DNA of 64,000 nt from Endomicrobiales bacterium (GCA_963794945.1 CAWCFT010000006.1:117714-181713); one strand, 5' to 3'. Positions 56,701-61,638 are shown, counted from the stretch's first letter. Notes: generated from the sequence alone by a model not told the origin. Program-made: numbers and translations.

Positions 56701-58089
56701 GTTAAGGAAACATATAGACGGGCTGAATGCGGTTAACGGCGATATCCTGCGCCTGACGTCATTAGAAACTTGTGTTGGAGAAGGCAAAAGATTTTCAACC
56801 CGAGATATTGTTGACGTTGCCGAGTACGCGAGGGCCAGGAACATACGCGTGATCTCCAATTACGCCGTCGCCGGCGAAAACGCTGACTGGCAGAACAAGA
56901 TACTTGAAATGATAAAGAAATACCATCTCTACGGCACGCAGATCGATATCGGTGAAAATAGCACGGTGAGCGAGCCTGAGCTTGTAAAGTTAAAACATGA
57001 TATCGACGCGCTTGTGATGGCAAGAGAAAAAGATTTCGCTTTGTCGAGCTATATTTCCGTGACGCTGCCTCAAAATTACCAGTACATGGCCGGTGGTTTA
57101 AAGGGCGAAGGCTTCGAGATAATAAAGATCCATGTTCTCGGCCAGCAGGTGCGGTCTCCGGTCGTTGACGAAGCCGGCGTCCGGTACCGGTTGGTACTGC
57201 CCGGAGAAGATGAAGCGCAGACAATGGTAATAAATCCTGAAGCCGTAGGCGTGGAACTTGCGGGTATAATCAGCTCCCTGCGTAAGAGTAATATTGAATA
57301 TAACATTTCACTTCTTTACGGAGGCTTAAAGGACGGGCAGATCAACTCCCTTCAGGAATCCAGGCTTGTAGACATACTGTCAAGAGCTATCAGGCAAAAG
57401 CTGGACCTGAACGCTCCCAGTACCTCAGAGGGTTATTTTCTAAGAGGCATGCTTAAAGCGGGAATGCTGAGTAAAGCCGAGCTCTCCCTGATCAAAATAG
57501 ATTCACAGGGCCAAATTACAGGCGCCCTGTCGTCAAACAGCGCGGAAAGCTTTGCAAAACTTGAGAACAGCTTCCCTTCGGGCACAATGGTCGTCGAAGT
57601 ATCAAAAGATATCAGTAATATTGACGAGAAACGCGGGTTCTGGAGCTGCGCGCTCGGCAGCCAGATGGTTAACTCCATGCCGAAAGAATTGCTGCCGAAT
57701 GGGTTCGCTGAAAAAGCCTATTATCCCTTCCTTGGGGCGCTGCTCGTGCAGTCACAGCTGGCTTCCAATGCCGCTAATGACCCTTCCGAATCCGGCAAAT
57801 GGAACGGGTACAGAAATATTCTCACCGCCATGAAATCCGGGAATTCTACCAGAGCGGACGTAAATTCGCAGTTGAAAACATTTATGAGCGAACTAATGCC
57901 TTCCGCTATGGCCGGAACTCTCGGAACGGCCCACGCGAACTTGGGCGCCGGCAACTATAAAGAGATAATATCAATTCTGCTCGAATTTTCAGAGCCCCCC
58001 TGCCCAGTTTCAGGAACCTCGCTGACGAAGCGATTTTCAACGCCGAAGATATTACCATAGGCACGGCCCTTATCAGGGCGGCAGGATAA
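34178..58089 (+). CDS. Giant multidomain protein B (reconstructed, ~7,970 aa, frameshifted in this assembly)
   Basis: Four overlapping ORFs join by single-base shifts at ~35650, ~42050 and ~54225. A further shift in the C run at ~57995 extends the frame to TAA 58087-58089. Same N- and C-terminal domains as giant A. Confidence 0.8.
35487..42095 (+). CDS. Giant B segment: TM spacer, helix-hairpin-helix, RNase J-like beta-CASP metallo-hydrolase 1 and N-half of copy 2
   Basis: SHAHMDH, DHS, TGD, EGT, HASGH and VHS (copy 1, 37225-39720); THGHLDH and GHS (copy 2); IDIN...KIIAER...FESIDDL...GI (HhH, 36580-36800). Confidence 0.85.
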   Translation: MSRTRSFSAISMLRTCKEMNVLCEIFSENSRIPAPHPSLRLRTQNQIARTSQTLKDAKEVIVVVTVGFHTTGLAKLLSERHISYMVVTPNVTENPTVSQALYVKTAKMQAKILEQALALLLLSQNPASYKYEVMAELALTALFRNMGSTPAEITRQLQEAIKGTGEANQMIFRSITEQAALKLAKDKNIDIARARNAIANTEPIIAYDENTSIISFSFEGLTTPIELLFNKNTRTVTFKDRESTEKAFTREYPKYSGAEQKNLYYRLKRYLKLSVQFAPNYELPVILGALVSRQAKTEFLSLHGSNWLQKIARSFGFFSMQLVHNILSRLTGSDALANRALIITHRVYNLLFLWAPLKALAFTIFIDINDPATTRQDLKLLLRFLPNMRNRKYLINEYVDKIIAERSKAEFESIDDLGGRTGIPEYVLNDLKRMLKLPDTNKQAEESTPPADTKSKDTAATEAEKIKSEFLEELGLKPTPELLKLNYTDELIPEVNKLRQFGLQVTPKNILSKIDAAAEFSKEVLENIDQLAKDTAARAKAIDKLKIFNMLQPELFKTVTENGKLLGEYAPVIIPKSGSTSVKYYGGDEIGCGGIWITSKIGEKNTSLMLDPGINMSREGQLFDIKYMRDKSAQGIRDRLLLGLMPRIKGLWRDDLTEKNMKLGKKEPPAAGILLSHAHMDHSGNLAFVRPDIPVYVGPELWATLRTLDNSGSDVKKEFFEYQNRETGMMERRDIRVFEYDKPFKVGDLEVIAVRVDHSESGACAFFVNTPEGWVAWTGDLRMNRGIDKSGKYYSYQGLTEKFIAKARELGIKLLFIEGTAFNSNHVKSTEEDVAVKADEVVKKAKGNLVLANFQYTNIERMNGFLDAAKKNGRKLVISSKEAYLLEMRKESHLRMFLKQAGFDKLYDVIYRGDVVSRKIDYSGGESLKDGIYSGIILQAQIFQSYIVKDLLQEFEEQNSYGGELLARVLGYVGKINSNGNSIPDDRLERLLSLDNKNGKYDEESYNAFEARRMFINWLENKAASGNLKEMLQSYTADYIGVYPYNRAEIDVDSAKEELNNDRAISSLIIKKSCRTKDALGSLEQAGLTDAFNEILDMPDLYKHVDLNRLKLDPSIIALLNGIKEQLASNRTPSLVNTRMVNRDILLKLYPKTLERSRVFNKSGKKYFDADILARNSSELAQLIEDSYNTVKEIDEDKLEKTVKAFDVRNYGIPDLYKEDGLLVYQTRKKSGTYIKSDYRRFERLLFTDKSIKTRIIRKLKDDGNKIILGVTDEHGNTREVTRPEIILCLNTHEISEIRGISERTEDTYLINSQCLPFNMEMILAEKAMEEWLKRENIPGERLKRYDMHASGHLMDDQLLDVVKEINPKNVFIVHSQGRKEMASSMIYNDTVPEAQVSVPSYGKEYQFLDHDSAYQPLTPAIMNSLPSEFRKYLKIFTKAELADIFYDMAKTKTKEKMEEEILARLKEAKKRARVFTPEGKQDSNDPADVKDKVAELRQYYISQLLRLKVQEILGILPKHALTDAEMGLNKKIIKFILKTMSWQDFLLELTEKIKEQSSDPKASPRKEARAILNTIEDKHSSIILFRSTAELRSPLLFLMTFKKGTNKEYAKLGAEIIYKKICSFFEGVESESPPQLFGGNIDKAVKVFSKNDELFHDEDLEYVKDALDGMVVYLGNKEISKRILEKAAESISDMNPLEKPLENKAVETAEKLTSEKPKAVITSRAQPPLVIVNPGLASEMHNSEGALSGVEKLLELGSKVVIKCDFNSQEHVLNFKISLIKYLRKAYPVKIPEYMLANIIIENFGNYYDINNTYIQYPLNSNSITLDSGETSFEEQLKELIDAIEGHKIDKSLKESPYFKENSKLLEQNGISDKDFTLTKDLRLPLTLELLKEYGLPADLISTYGLKELQAVISRIKSYGKPVSAANLDKTDEELSESFCDEALDLITSNTENDWIRLKELFNLQPSLFMSITGGGKLVENRKDFLPQKAGGITFYNRTDRISGNIIELRDGESKMFLDMGSATRNNDEFFTGWGGFKVVDKVEGSAAIGLLPWLPEILRKDMFNGESSGIIPIESGKVKAVLLTHGHLDHIESLYALDPDVLIICSEETRAVLETFEWIQSDVKSEYTQIGDRTDMTLSRYPRLPRNILTFKANEPFEIEGTPFKIKPIRVGHSVPTDAFVIQNINGQGSLYRRPHTPKP
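42025..54276 (+). CDS. Giant B segment: beta-CASP copy 2 C-half, Zn-dependent deaminase, adenosine-deaminase-like, DHH/DHHA1, HD hydrolase, SAM methyltransferase, ASCH, YunG-like
   Basis: YTGD...EG...SPH...IHTE; HAE...EPCEHC; DNHGH...YHVAQ...GHA...NSDTP; DHH...GGGH; GEPLIYH...AALLHDVIE; YLDIGAG...FHHL; ISIQ...IFEGNKTAELRK...APQNF; CWSDKT...GQCWVTAL...DLTSDQ. Confidence 0.85.
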   Translation: MLLSFRTSMGKVAYTGDLTLQSHDGNDTKKFFEAIARDPDILALITEGINVRAEQRGSIRTEREYMEKVDKIIKDSNHKPVFTSFNWSYVNRLISYYELAKDNKRKLVIPLKILFFATKMRELGYNIPDLLSDPDVLIHVPQRKYASKIVKYVFELFGKSVSMSGSKVKQKAKTGPQVYGRLPEERMVTSDWMSVPANAESVIMVLSLSQLNEFNIMKPAPDSPFIYSAGVPFSDGLKALNTKIKTWTDMFLLNWHDLYVSPHINEYDLVQGLNPVDAKYVLPIHTERSWRFKQLFPFKRILLPKPLKEYSLLKNESKDKLTDARISGLEDQYEEFAHRMTDADYVTMLRGLPVLKNSIDFSAEIAGLVNDLSKKEKRVLPQDFLQLMSSYYTGQMLRVKFKEKYLLANEQELAAEAQSFLSAILDATLDFYKKSKKSLNLEAFDAMILGDFSATGKYLREANLVFVTNLSGSINVTILARLIAEAMYEITGGAIGLNPDEPVFENKLEFLHARINSPNYAEGVITEQNKTFPGYAYSRKSGLINSFVNALTNQNLISKANGSVPEAPAPGLSKIFDHIKDKLSEDSRALADHLKTTNNAAKLLNSLTVVKSRDDMRAELSKYAESRTAGRTTDPTVTGEYYQAQLLRLEVAQIYHTQSDQDILRQKEILNDVCSSHGYLGSTAGISAMLSKEFSDLGFITAENSEIFTIDSQALLQTVLTALSDHVEPKELRARWLEAWNNAKNRAPNLFDNSYPLAESHLYSIFYDISMMLTKDIKVDSDKISLILQLMNLKPYKGNWEQSKPWWSEGIPGVRMNNILAENVLNAAQIEDELGITYIVTASVYDKKGALIASHFPILYGDNSGFASKDVARIHAEQMLIKKLTDMGCTDFSKYTLVVSWEPCEHCSRHILYRGFKKVVFTCYDSRPELFGLSSQIIKLGKTEVVTPEMLEPGLEKHSLAFIRNNYGRLGERKPGEMTSGEWWPMATQIKHLEMWKDYMNSLGKQYLQKPMELPKGKKQLYEMVRKFHFYSIKEKSINEDYDARIRFTSMIIELMEKYGLTSGYPLSVVINADRIMAKKKLIESGAYGDNIEELLKDFQNKIDEIFEWRLTWKTELIKGPHWNYTLVGDKANAVELVNMLKNKITVAPEDNYRFKWLDINGITPKLSDIFDAQNLKQESSPVQPVQTADSNDKTLKELSRELNGLLPNNNLPLLTLDICERCYRYTSLEHAGLLLNNGEPCGKMAASVKKILLKKYLALKKDYLKQQGYNKLLKGISTFEGIINLGQMYLDQTGVMALGSWSITFDSSRNAYIIKLNRAEALSGLGRLAQTEYARFYHYNKLIQWSKGWEKDGVKIIIEDDQNTPRGSIAGLIETGQLGRLADNHGHIEGQVGSNFLWGLTMGSVDLPKGISREFRDALYPEKTKNKEVTAVIDWNNKGPDYVDNNQLLIAARKIRGKLIKDTVLPNTVSNANLLKAAMESGKSKVIDDIRTYFSLKHVFLNKALSIPYEGEGCTFMEFLNQHDTFATILKRRMKGGEMLKQDFALLTGMFVRQIIEEYKDNSYIEIRIQPKYDQEEMELAMKEAAKAVSEAKEKYPDLAANLVMVFRKRDSDQALRSQLTWFLDALRNDAKLRECFRGWDAASLEAGNPPEKFQFIANAVQQYNSEGFPRLNGTYHVAQGDEAAVGGKGHDIVTSMRYVDDVIEKLNCVSLGHALGVMFAFTGKPIEGPQEVNRGELLTTLNWLKQLNASDKIKVDISRVENTIQSKLDEYREIEGDPLIHFDKSFLNDMEAYQVARYVVKKIIDKNIFVEFNPTANVGSLYNMHPLTKLLMSDFVSNGEKFEGLRELVTINSDTPGMESINGVKDEFINIGAELIRQGMPPDKVANNLKILARNGRRRGILFTGKHNIIDVITEALELLAALPPIKDTAQASAKAAEATIKATEPKVVIEDLVDRAWKDKTSKLNFAKKKVNKIIKEIVSSYSLVIISQHHFVFPIDTDSFVFSAVTYKRLIKEAEKQGRSVELISDPEKAKNDGKLYICLFPISAINSGYMDEDKNKLNLAELEGKRALFVGDVNFGNAAPYKRNKSFGFDTIVVQDHHKWPDDLVAKLDEYSDDKTIYLNTHLFFDDKLADAYCSGAFQSDLLSTNRSNWDQFMKQLALVGDQYYRRDFPNYMKGVNIEEARYISDMLSLLGPRLAELKPDKNEQREVLMKVVQIMAQSKDFKELKTKLTETLSDELGKDFILYYDNVIALVEKSIEVFLASKEKIVFYKIDLPGDLTVTVSKMANDRLSYRKQFGYRALAHYQILPEGEVGFCIARGKNNENIDVSEPCINGPEGVNWGGGHENRAGFRTINANPEVKKKIQAWWGPEKNPQKVLDFVKANIENQYKKQQNNAVTKGKVIWINDIPSRPDLIEQQLSGSMLNSSKESVVVFEHLDEELLTLYRKVARGEISPSRLSDNRFIKEIFKHKEEELENFKTETAFMHLKVLYALYSLGKTINVETTPDNTYETDQATHLISESENQAANVFCNGDTDRAAEELKLCLEAAGPAAVERDEIIHSYINELYARNPALNLIIVREAMNFGLAKQLKTEGFDVALKWWKPRIQGLRMDQMAVLLSKYLIEKEMGKTTVKLPEEKIKMKLLRYLVGTLLRPAYAREREIKVLEQTINNITGRLDLKDLEELSKYISKRIDETDEDMGQIKTSVLKNGPKKNNYFDLYQAKKNAVIAGYILRWLIDSGKIHEREFNYFPYLNYFITEFKPEAGEADSIVISNNIPRPGSDRQAMDEIIQELLKTPESNIKIINQAYEFAREAYKGRIKADGEPLIYHAARVAHILMFELGCRDEEVLAAALLHDVIEKGGASSEQLSAKFGSDIATLVEFVSKPDEPATNIEKEKRLAMTMINPQAPLNAHLIKFMEKLDHFRDFDRLADESYKKKYIKRMTNVFLPFLFQSRLSDAVKKKFLAELMVFPAIAAQIPAELKLIVAKPDYWEKVSPEENVSGNIKIALKVARGFIGEFTLEDFIKAYDNEGFNNKFLNGHTITETYARKNLEELSNLKFVEIIERGENTFYKCLSVASGGDPAVAFVKEFDNKYTSLGVSRYSLIGKDGDMSVFFDLLTGLFGRYGLGRDERKKEGERLLGILSKLPEAERKEFIDKAARHFGQYTYLSSGAGRYLSIMLAIESHLKGSNIFGPEALEAAKKHLEGLQVPDKNLLDDAIKDAQSRNLLFSSEAKNSPPAPETLLLPNPKTTRRYLDIGAGYNALGLRLGQMMFGKRIKWEGTDIFFPVFEEKDGKIRYLGQEALYKNNGITLYNAAADPNSDIVRQEFDKGPYRYISISALFHHLKPEGAKVEPMPVVDLSRQESLKDYKLVLRGKGGDKEFDRKYIMAREQQDVIARAFNALEDRGVLFLNFAPFWSMSELWFGNSPEKVTKEESLQSMDNGLTYWMIQRDDANKQFIIYDNVLSFNVVYPDTLERFLDNKKILPGDIKEDARALIRQADSLVFAAQTVDHSRMRAVLNALQEAKRLQTSRQPLGLSAILEAYLAEIPADNSTKIDILKAAQELPGASVSSNNRPRDKKLSNNQQNSETQTKSESVIEPQAAPKASYESFSQVKNKEQLLELLKAVASGKEDVPVISIQSLFADRIFEGNKTAELRKRFTKKPFSYMLLYSSGKEMKLSGVIKVKKVHLDMSVAEIKQRFLAQSMDTAQEVDSYYENADKGCVIEIEDAFRFRQPVPLDELRKEFNFNAPQNFMFFNNLPGDTVATDKDADSQSNLAQEAQEQKEKDTVAATFIETDEIVKNIKSEQDLDKIVPILRKIFENCWSDKTRHPDYLGDELLSSGQCWVTALVLAKTFGWEFYYNKQQHQASVRINNFIVDLTSDQKGFDRYWWRIENAPAVYTHSKPMEISKGMLSNKRFKILMESFSKEYSNTILTSGARANNTPPTLTSPATKALFAKLHKEPVSFSEIWNMSVKFAPVEEANKVALAVSNRLEKTLFTVEHFAGASNVVKIKDPRVNGYIVDLANSKVIVERLNMRSASEQAFYFSFNASQRLRVLRHTYAKLMGLQNNRRYSCYL
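54224..58060 (+). CDS. Giant B C-terminal segment: TM spacer, PD-(D/E)XK nuclease-like domain, conserved C-terminal domain
   Basis: VNILSHRIYN spacer; GLLLE...TELDQVV...YIVECKS (55350-55790); C-terminal region resembles that of giant A; true stop probably 58089. Confidence 0.75.
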   Translation: MQNSWGYRIIGDIVAIYDTAPNGKGIVQLYRVSDTGINDITGLKSSKGYKQRLSGLSFIGLMVNYIASPIGFVPGIFFPGFSKWLMLHVNILSHRIYNAAALIFDWAALTKKHYKTQNKRATQKAKAVLREALANSRRGSDADIYEYSNKPPYDAEVNEDGIKILGRSMEYYPVIQSIIARFQNRVDLDMTLDVMGDIYDEIWAKIKTVEYFITKDREKLVLSNIQLQKTLLWIDAVTENAKKERTVVFTHQVYFHPGTRESQIAEGLRRIGLSDENKQRGKPGFIDDFIANVENPHNIASLGGHIDHVKLIIDTRGYKEIAEKIKENIPAIKAKYGDRFDIVILDDIVTKPSSAEAVIKDIKSMVEKYSKSRVLGIIEGTIYSRYVGLLLELRSLDYFFTNGFKVLSSGIEIVGDNGQYLTELDQVVESPAGKTYIVECKSARTPLTKQDVLNSKILYKLDTYKKGWNAIERGIGRKVDGIKFVVDVGHNEDLIPFFRNKQIELSDKYGLPVDFVFLKCIDPIPQIPGGINIVDNETETAVLTLPSTKGSYRKDKPGIKQIVKNLLQNSVKETAHVSNYIERSIFSAAGQHKSGLFNPITAPQKVLLGALDRSAKLKDIEPGLVGVTLFNLQNNVEKADIDRSKELANNGLTNIFVTPVTSAIKATGKSTYSDGPVTLTANGIPFTVKIGKVDHDDINSSVAVYIDFAGKTVDNNTLEQAENEVLSELYKNTVLQNVLADYGAVINPQVPPIITGSRTANDVNPFILDPVLSKSMFAEQIGSRSANDYIQMLGREQRKKTIEAASLPGAFSGAWMDLKTVNKVASLRKHIDGLNAVNGDILRLTSLETCVGEGKRFSTRDIVDVAEYARARNIRVISNYAVAGENADWQNKILEMIKKYHLYGTQIDIGENSTVSEPELVKLKHDIDALVMAREKDFALSSYISVTLPQNYQYMAGGLKGEGFEIIKIHVLGQQVRSPVVDEAGVRYRLVLPGEDEAQTMVINPEAVGVELAGIISSLRKSNIEYNISLLYGGLKDGQINSLQESRLVDILSRAIRQKLDLNAPSTSEGYFLRGMLKAGMLSKAELSLIKIDSQGQITGALSSNSAESFAKLENSFPSGTMVVEVSKDISNIDEKRGFWSCALGSQMVNSMPKELLPNGFAEKAYYPFLGALLVQSQLASNAANDPSESGKWNGYRNILTAMKSGNSTRADVNSQLKTFMSELMPSAMAGTLGTAHANLGAGNYKEIISILLEFSEPPCPVSGTSLTKRFSTPKILP

Positions 58090-58297
58090 TGGTGGTCTCA
58101 AAAGTTCTATGATACCCAAGCTAAAAAAGCATTGATATTTGTGGGTAATGATTTCCATAGTAGGAGAAGGTAGATAATTTAGAAATTCGAATACCCGAAA
58201 TCCGAAAAGAAAATCAAATAAGCAAAAAGAAAACAGCAAAAAATGAAGTTAAAAGTTGGTTTGTAGTTTGAGCCAATTGGAAAACCTCTTTTCAAGG

Positions 58298-58383
58298 TGT
58301 CTTTGCGAGGAGCGCAGCGACGTGGCAATCTCGTTATTACATCGGAAGATGAGATTGCTTCACCCTCCGGGTTCGCAAAGACG
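58298..58383. repeat. Palindromic REP/RPE-like element (GTCTTTGCGAG...GCAATC...GATTGC...TCGCAAAGAC)
   Basis: Terminal inverted repeat GTCTTTGCGA/TCGCAAAGAC and internal GCAATCTC/GAGATTGC pair; intergenic, after giant B. Confidence 0.7.
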
Positions 58384-58494
58384 ACATGTTTTAATAGGTT
58401 TTTCAATGATCTCAGTTTGAGTATTCGGTATTGTAGTATTTTTCGGGTTTCGCGATTGAATATTCGAAATTGAATTTCTTATGGAGGAGCAAGA

Positions 58495-59998
58495 ATGACC
58501 AAAATTATGCGTTTAAACATTGTAGGTATAGTTATTTCTTCCGCGCTTTTTTGCCTTTGCTCCGGCAACGCGTACGCCGGCAGCTATCTTATCAACGCCC
58601 GCAACGACTGCCTCTCCGCACCGCTGAAGAACAGGATGGATTCGATCGAAGCGCAGACCACGGAGTTCCTTAACCAACAGCAGTCGCCCGTAACGGGCCT
58701 CGTTGAGAGTTTCCACGGTACAAGCACCCTTGCTTACGACCTGCGGTCAAGCGCGTTTTACAATGTCCAGGACGGCGTCCTGGATGCCCAGTCCTTCACC
58801 TACGACAGCGCGATAGCGGCCATGGCTTATTTGCTTTCAGGCCATTTGGACAAGACACAAAAGATATTATCCGTTTATATGAATGAATTTTACCGGGAAA
58901 AAGGCGACACGAAGGGTTTGTGCAACTGTTACCGCACCGATGAGGTAAGCGAAAGCAGCCTGATGGCCGGAGTGGACGGCCAGCAGATGCATCTCGGCCC
59001 GGCGATGTGGGTATCGATCGCCGCGCTTCATTATTCCGCCGCCACCGGGGATATGCAGTACCTCGGCTTCGTTCTGGACATGGCCAAATGGGCGCGCAGC
59101 CAAGCACTGGGAGTTCGCGGACGGGAAATTCGGCGCGGCGTCAATGGGCTACGGTTTCGGGGCGGACTGGACAAAAGTATATTCCACAGAAAATAACGCC
59201 GACTACTACGCGGTGCTATCTATGCTTAAGAAGTTATACATGTCCGGCGATAGCTGCGCAAGGAGCGTGTTCGCAAGTTACAACTTCGGGTTAAAAGACA
59301 TCGAAAGCGAAATGAACGGCCTTGAACGCTGGATCAAAGAGGTCGCATACGACCCCGCAGAAAAGACCTTTAATTGCGGGTATAACGAAAAAGGCGCGGA
59401 CAGGGTAAGGACTCTCGATACCATTTCATGGACCATATCCGCCCTTGGCCCCTCCAAACTGAAGCAAATGGGTATCGACCCCTTCGAACTGATAGATTAC
59501 GCGGAACGTCATTTTCTTGTAATGAACGAAGTCTCGGGCAAAGAAGTTGAGGGCTTCGATTTTACAGACAGGGCCGGCAGGAACGGTTCGACAAGGTTGA
59601 TTTGGTTGGAAGGAACCGGGATACAAACCGTGGCTTACCAGATCATGGCGCGCTACGCCAAAAACCTCGGCCTGAGCGAAAAGGCCGAGGAGTATAGATT
59701 AAAAGCGGTTAAATATTCGGATGAGCTCGAAAAAACAGCGTCAGCTGTCAAGCTTGGCGCCTGCGCGCTTCCATATACCTCAAAACGGCTCGCTGAAAAA
59801 CAGGTGACTTTCGCGTTTAAAGGCGCGTGGGAGCTGCCGCGAGGGCGCAACGGTGGCTGGGTTGCCTCCGTTTCATCAACCGTATGGCGTTATTACGCTC
59901 TTTGCGGGTTCAACCCGCTGAACTTCGAAAAGGAAATTGTTACTAAGGGAATAGCCATCTCGCGTGCGGCAGGCAGCCATAGCAATCCCAAGAAGTGA
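58495..59998 (+). CDS. Secreted protein, probable (alpha/alpha)6 six-hairpin glycosidase-like fold; frameshift at ~59100
   Basis: GGAGGAG RBS and signal peptide (NAYA); motifs TYDSAIA, HLGPAMW, STENN, LDTISW and WLEGT. ORFs 58495-59196 and 59144-59998 join through KHWEFADGKFGAASMGYG. Confidence 0.6.
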
Positions 59999-60227
59999 TG
60001 ATATTCCATATAGGGTATTTTTCGGGTATTTTCTCAATTTTATTCTCGGTTTTTTGACTTTTGTTTTTGCTTTTCGTGAGGTTGTATCTTACCATCTCGG
60101 ACCGTGCATTTAACTTTCCTGATTGATAGTATCTTCCCTTAAAGTGCATACTTGACTAGTTATAGTATATCATATAAAATTGCGTTAATAGGCTGGCCTC
60201 ATTGGGCAAAGCCGGAAGGAGGCAGAG

Positions 60228-60857
60228 ATGAAAGGGTTACAGTACGTTTTACCGATAACTACCGCGTTCCTTATGTTCGCGGGCGCGCCAAACCGGGTAA
60301 GTTTCGCAGCGGAAGAGCACGGATCGTCAAGCACGGGCAAGATCAACGAAGAGAAAGCCAAAACAACATCGGGCAGTAAAAAGATACTGGTGGCGTATTT
60401 CTCGCATAGCGGGAATACCCGCGTGATAGCCGAACAGATACACAAGACTGCCGGCGGAGATATTTTTGAGATACAGCCGGTAAAACCGTACCCCGCTGAT
60501 TACGACGCGGTTGTAGCGCAGGCAAGGCAGGAGCTGGATTCCGGCTACAGGCCCGAACTCAAAACAAAAGTCGGTGACATCAAGCAGTACGATGTGGTCT
60601 TTATAGGCTACCCCAACTGGTGGAGCACTATCCCGGCCCCTGTAAGGGTGTTTCTGACCGAGTACGACCTCTCAGGAAAAACCATCGTCTCGTTCTGCAC
60701 GCACGGAGGAGGCGGCCTGGGGCACAGTGTTTCGGATATCTCAAAGCTTTGCCCGAAATCGAAAATGCTTGAGACCTTAGCGGTTCCGGGAACAAGCGTT
60801 AAGACCGCACAGGGCAAAGTATCCGATTGGCTGAAGAAAATAAAGATAGTAAAATAA
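60228..60857 (+). CDS. Flavodoxin (Flavodoxin_4-like) with N-terminal leader
   Basis: ILVAYFSHSGNT, FIGYPNWWSTIP and FCTHGGGG; GGAGG RBS. Confidence 0.92.
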   Translation: MKGLQYVLPITTAFLMFAGAPNRVSFAAEEHGSSSTGKINEEKAKTTSGSKKILVAYFSHSGNTRVIAEQIHKTAGGDIFEIQPVKPYPADYDAVVAQARQELDSGYRPELKTKVGDIKQYDVVFIGYPNWWSTIPAPVRVFLTEYDLSGKTIVSFCTHGGGGLGHSVSDISKLCPKSKMLETLAVPGTSVKTAQGKVSDWLKKIKIVK

Positions 60858-60902
60858 TAAGAGTTCCTATGTGGCAGGAGCCTTACAAACCACGGAGGTA
60901 AT

Positions 60903-61535
60903 ATGAAAGTATTATTAGTGAACGGAAGCCCGCATGAAAAAGGGTGCACCTATACGGCATTGGAAGAAGTTACCAAGACGCTGAATACGGAAGGCATCAC
61001 GACCGAAATATTCCAGATCGGGACAAAGCCGTTGTCGGGATGCATCGCCTGCAGGAAGTGCAGGGAGATCGGCCGCTGCGTGTTTACGGACAGGATAAAT
61101 GAATTCCTGGATATCGCAAAGGATGTTGACGGGTTTATATTCGGTTCGCCGGTTCATTTTGCGGCCGCGGGAGGCGCCATAACCTCATTTATGGACCGTG
61201 CTTTCTATGCCGGCATGAATTCCGGAAAACAAATGTTTTACCTCAAGCCGGCCGCCGCCGTTGTTTCAGCCAGAAGGGCCGGAACGACAGCGACGTTTGA
61301 CCAGCTCAACAAGTATTTTACGATATCGGAAATGCCGGTTATCTCATCAAGGTACTGGAACATGGTTCACGGCGCTGTTCCAGAAGATGTAAAAAAAGAC
61401 CTGGAAGGATTGCAAACCATGCGGATACTGGGAAGAAATATGGCCTGGTTCTTAAAATGCAAAGAGGCCGGCATAAAAGCCGGTGTTCCGCTGCCCCAGC
61501 GTGAAGAGACAGTATTTACCAACTTTATCCGCTAA
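60903..61535 (+). CDS. Iron-sulfur flavoprotein / NADPH-dependent FMN reductase family
   Basis: NGSPHEKGCT, CIACRKC....RC, GSPVHF, RRAG and YWNMVHG; GGAGG RBS. Confidence 0.92.
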   Translation: MKVLLVNGSPHEKGCTYTALEEVTKTLNTEGITTEIFQIGTKPLSGCIACRKCREIGRCVFTDRINEFLDIAKDVDGFIFGSPVHFAAAGGAITSFMDRAFYAGMNSGKQMFYLKPAAAVVSARRAGTTATFDQLNKYFTISEMPVISSRYWNMVHGAVPEDVKKDLEGLQTMRILGRNMAWFLKCKEAGIKAGVPLPQREETVFTNFIR

Positions 61536-61599
61536 AGATGCTTAAAAAATAGAGCATTGTGGAAAATAAATTACCAAAGTTAAATTTTAGTGCCAATAG

Positions 61600-61638
61600 A
61601 AAACACCTGATCGCTCCAGAAGAATGATCAGGTGTTTT
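61600..61638. terminator. Bidirectional intrinsic terminator
   Basis: AAACACCTGATC/GATCAGGTGTTT stem between convergent genes. Confidence 0.75.

Noticed and set aside
35640..57999. Programmed ribosomal frameshifting at giant B junctions
   Set aside because: No consistent slippery heptamer or stimulatory structure seen; the shifts sit in short homopolymers typical of long-read error.
58180..58475. CRISPR array or structured ncRNA after giant B
   Set aside because: No regularly spaced direct repeats; only a palindromic element and loose CCGAAA/TTCGG low-complexity arms.
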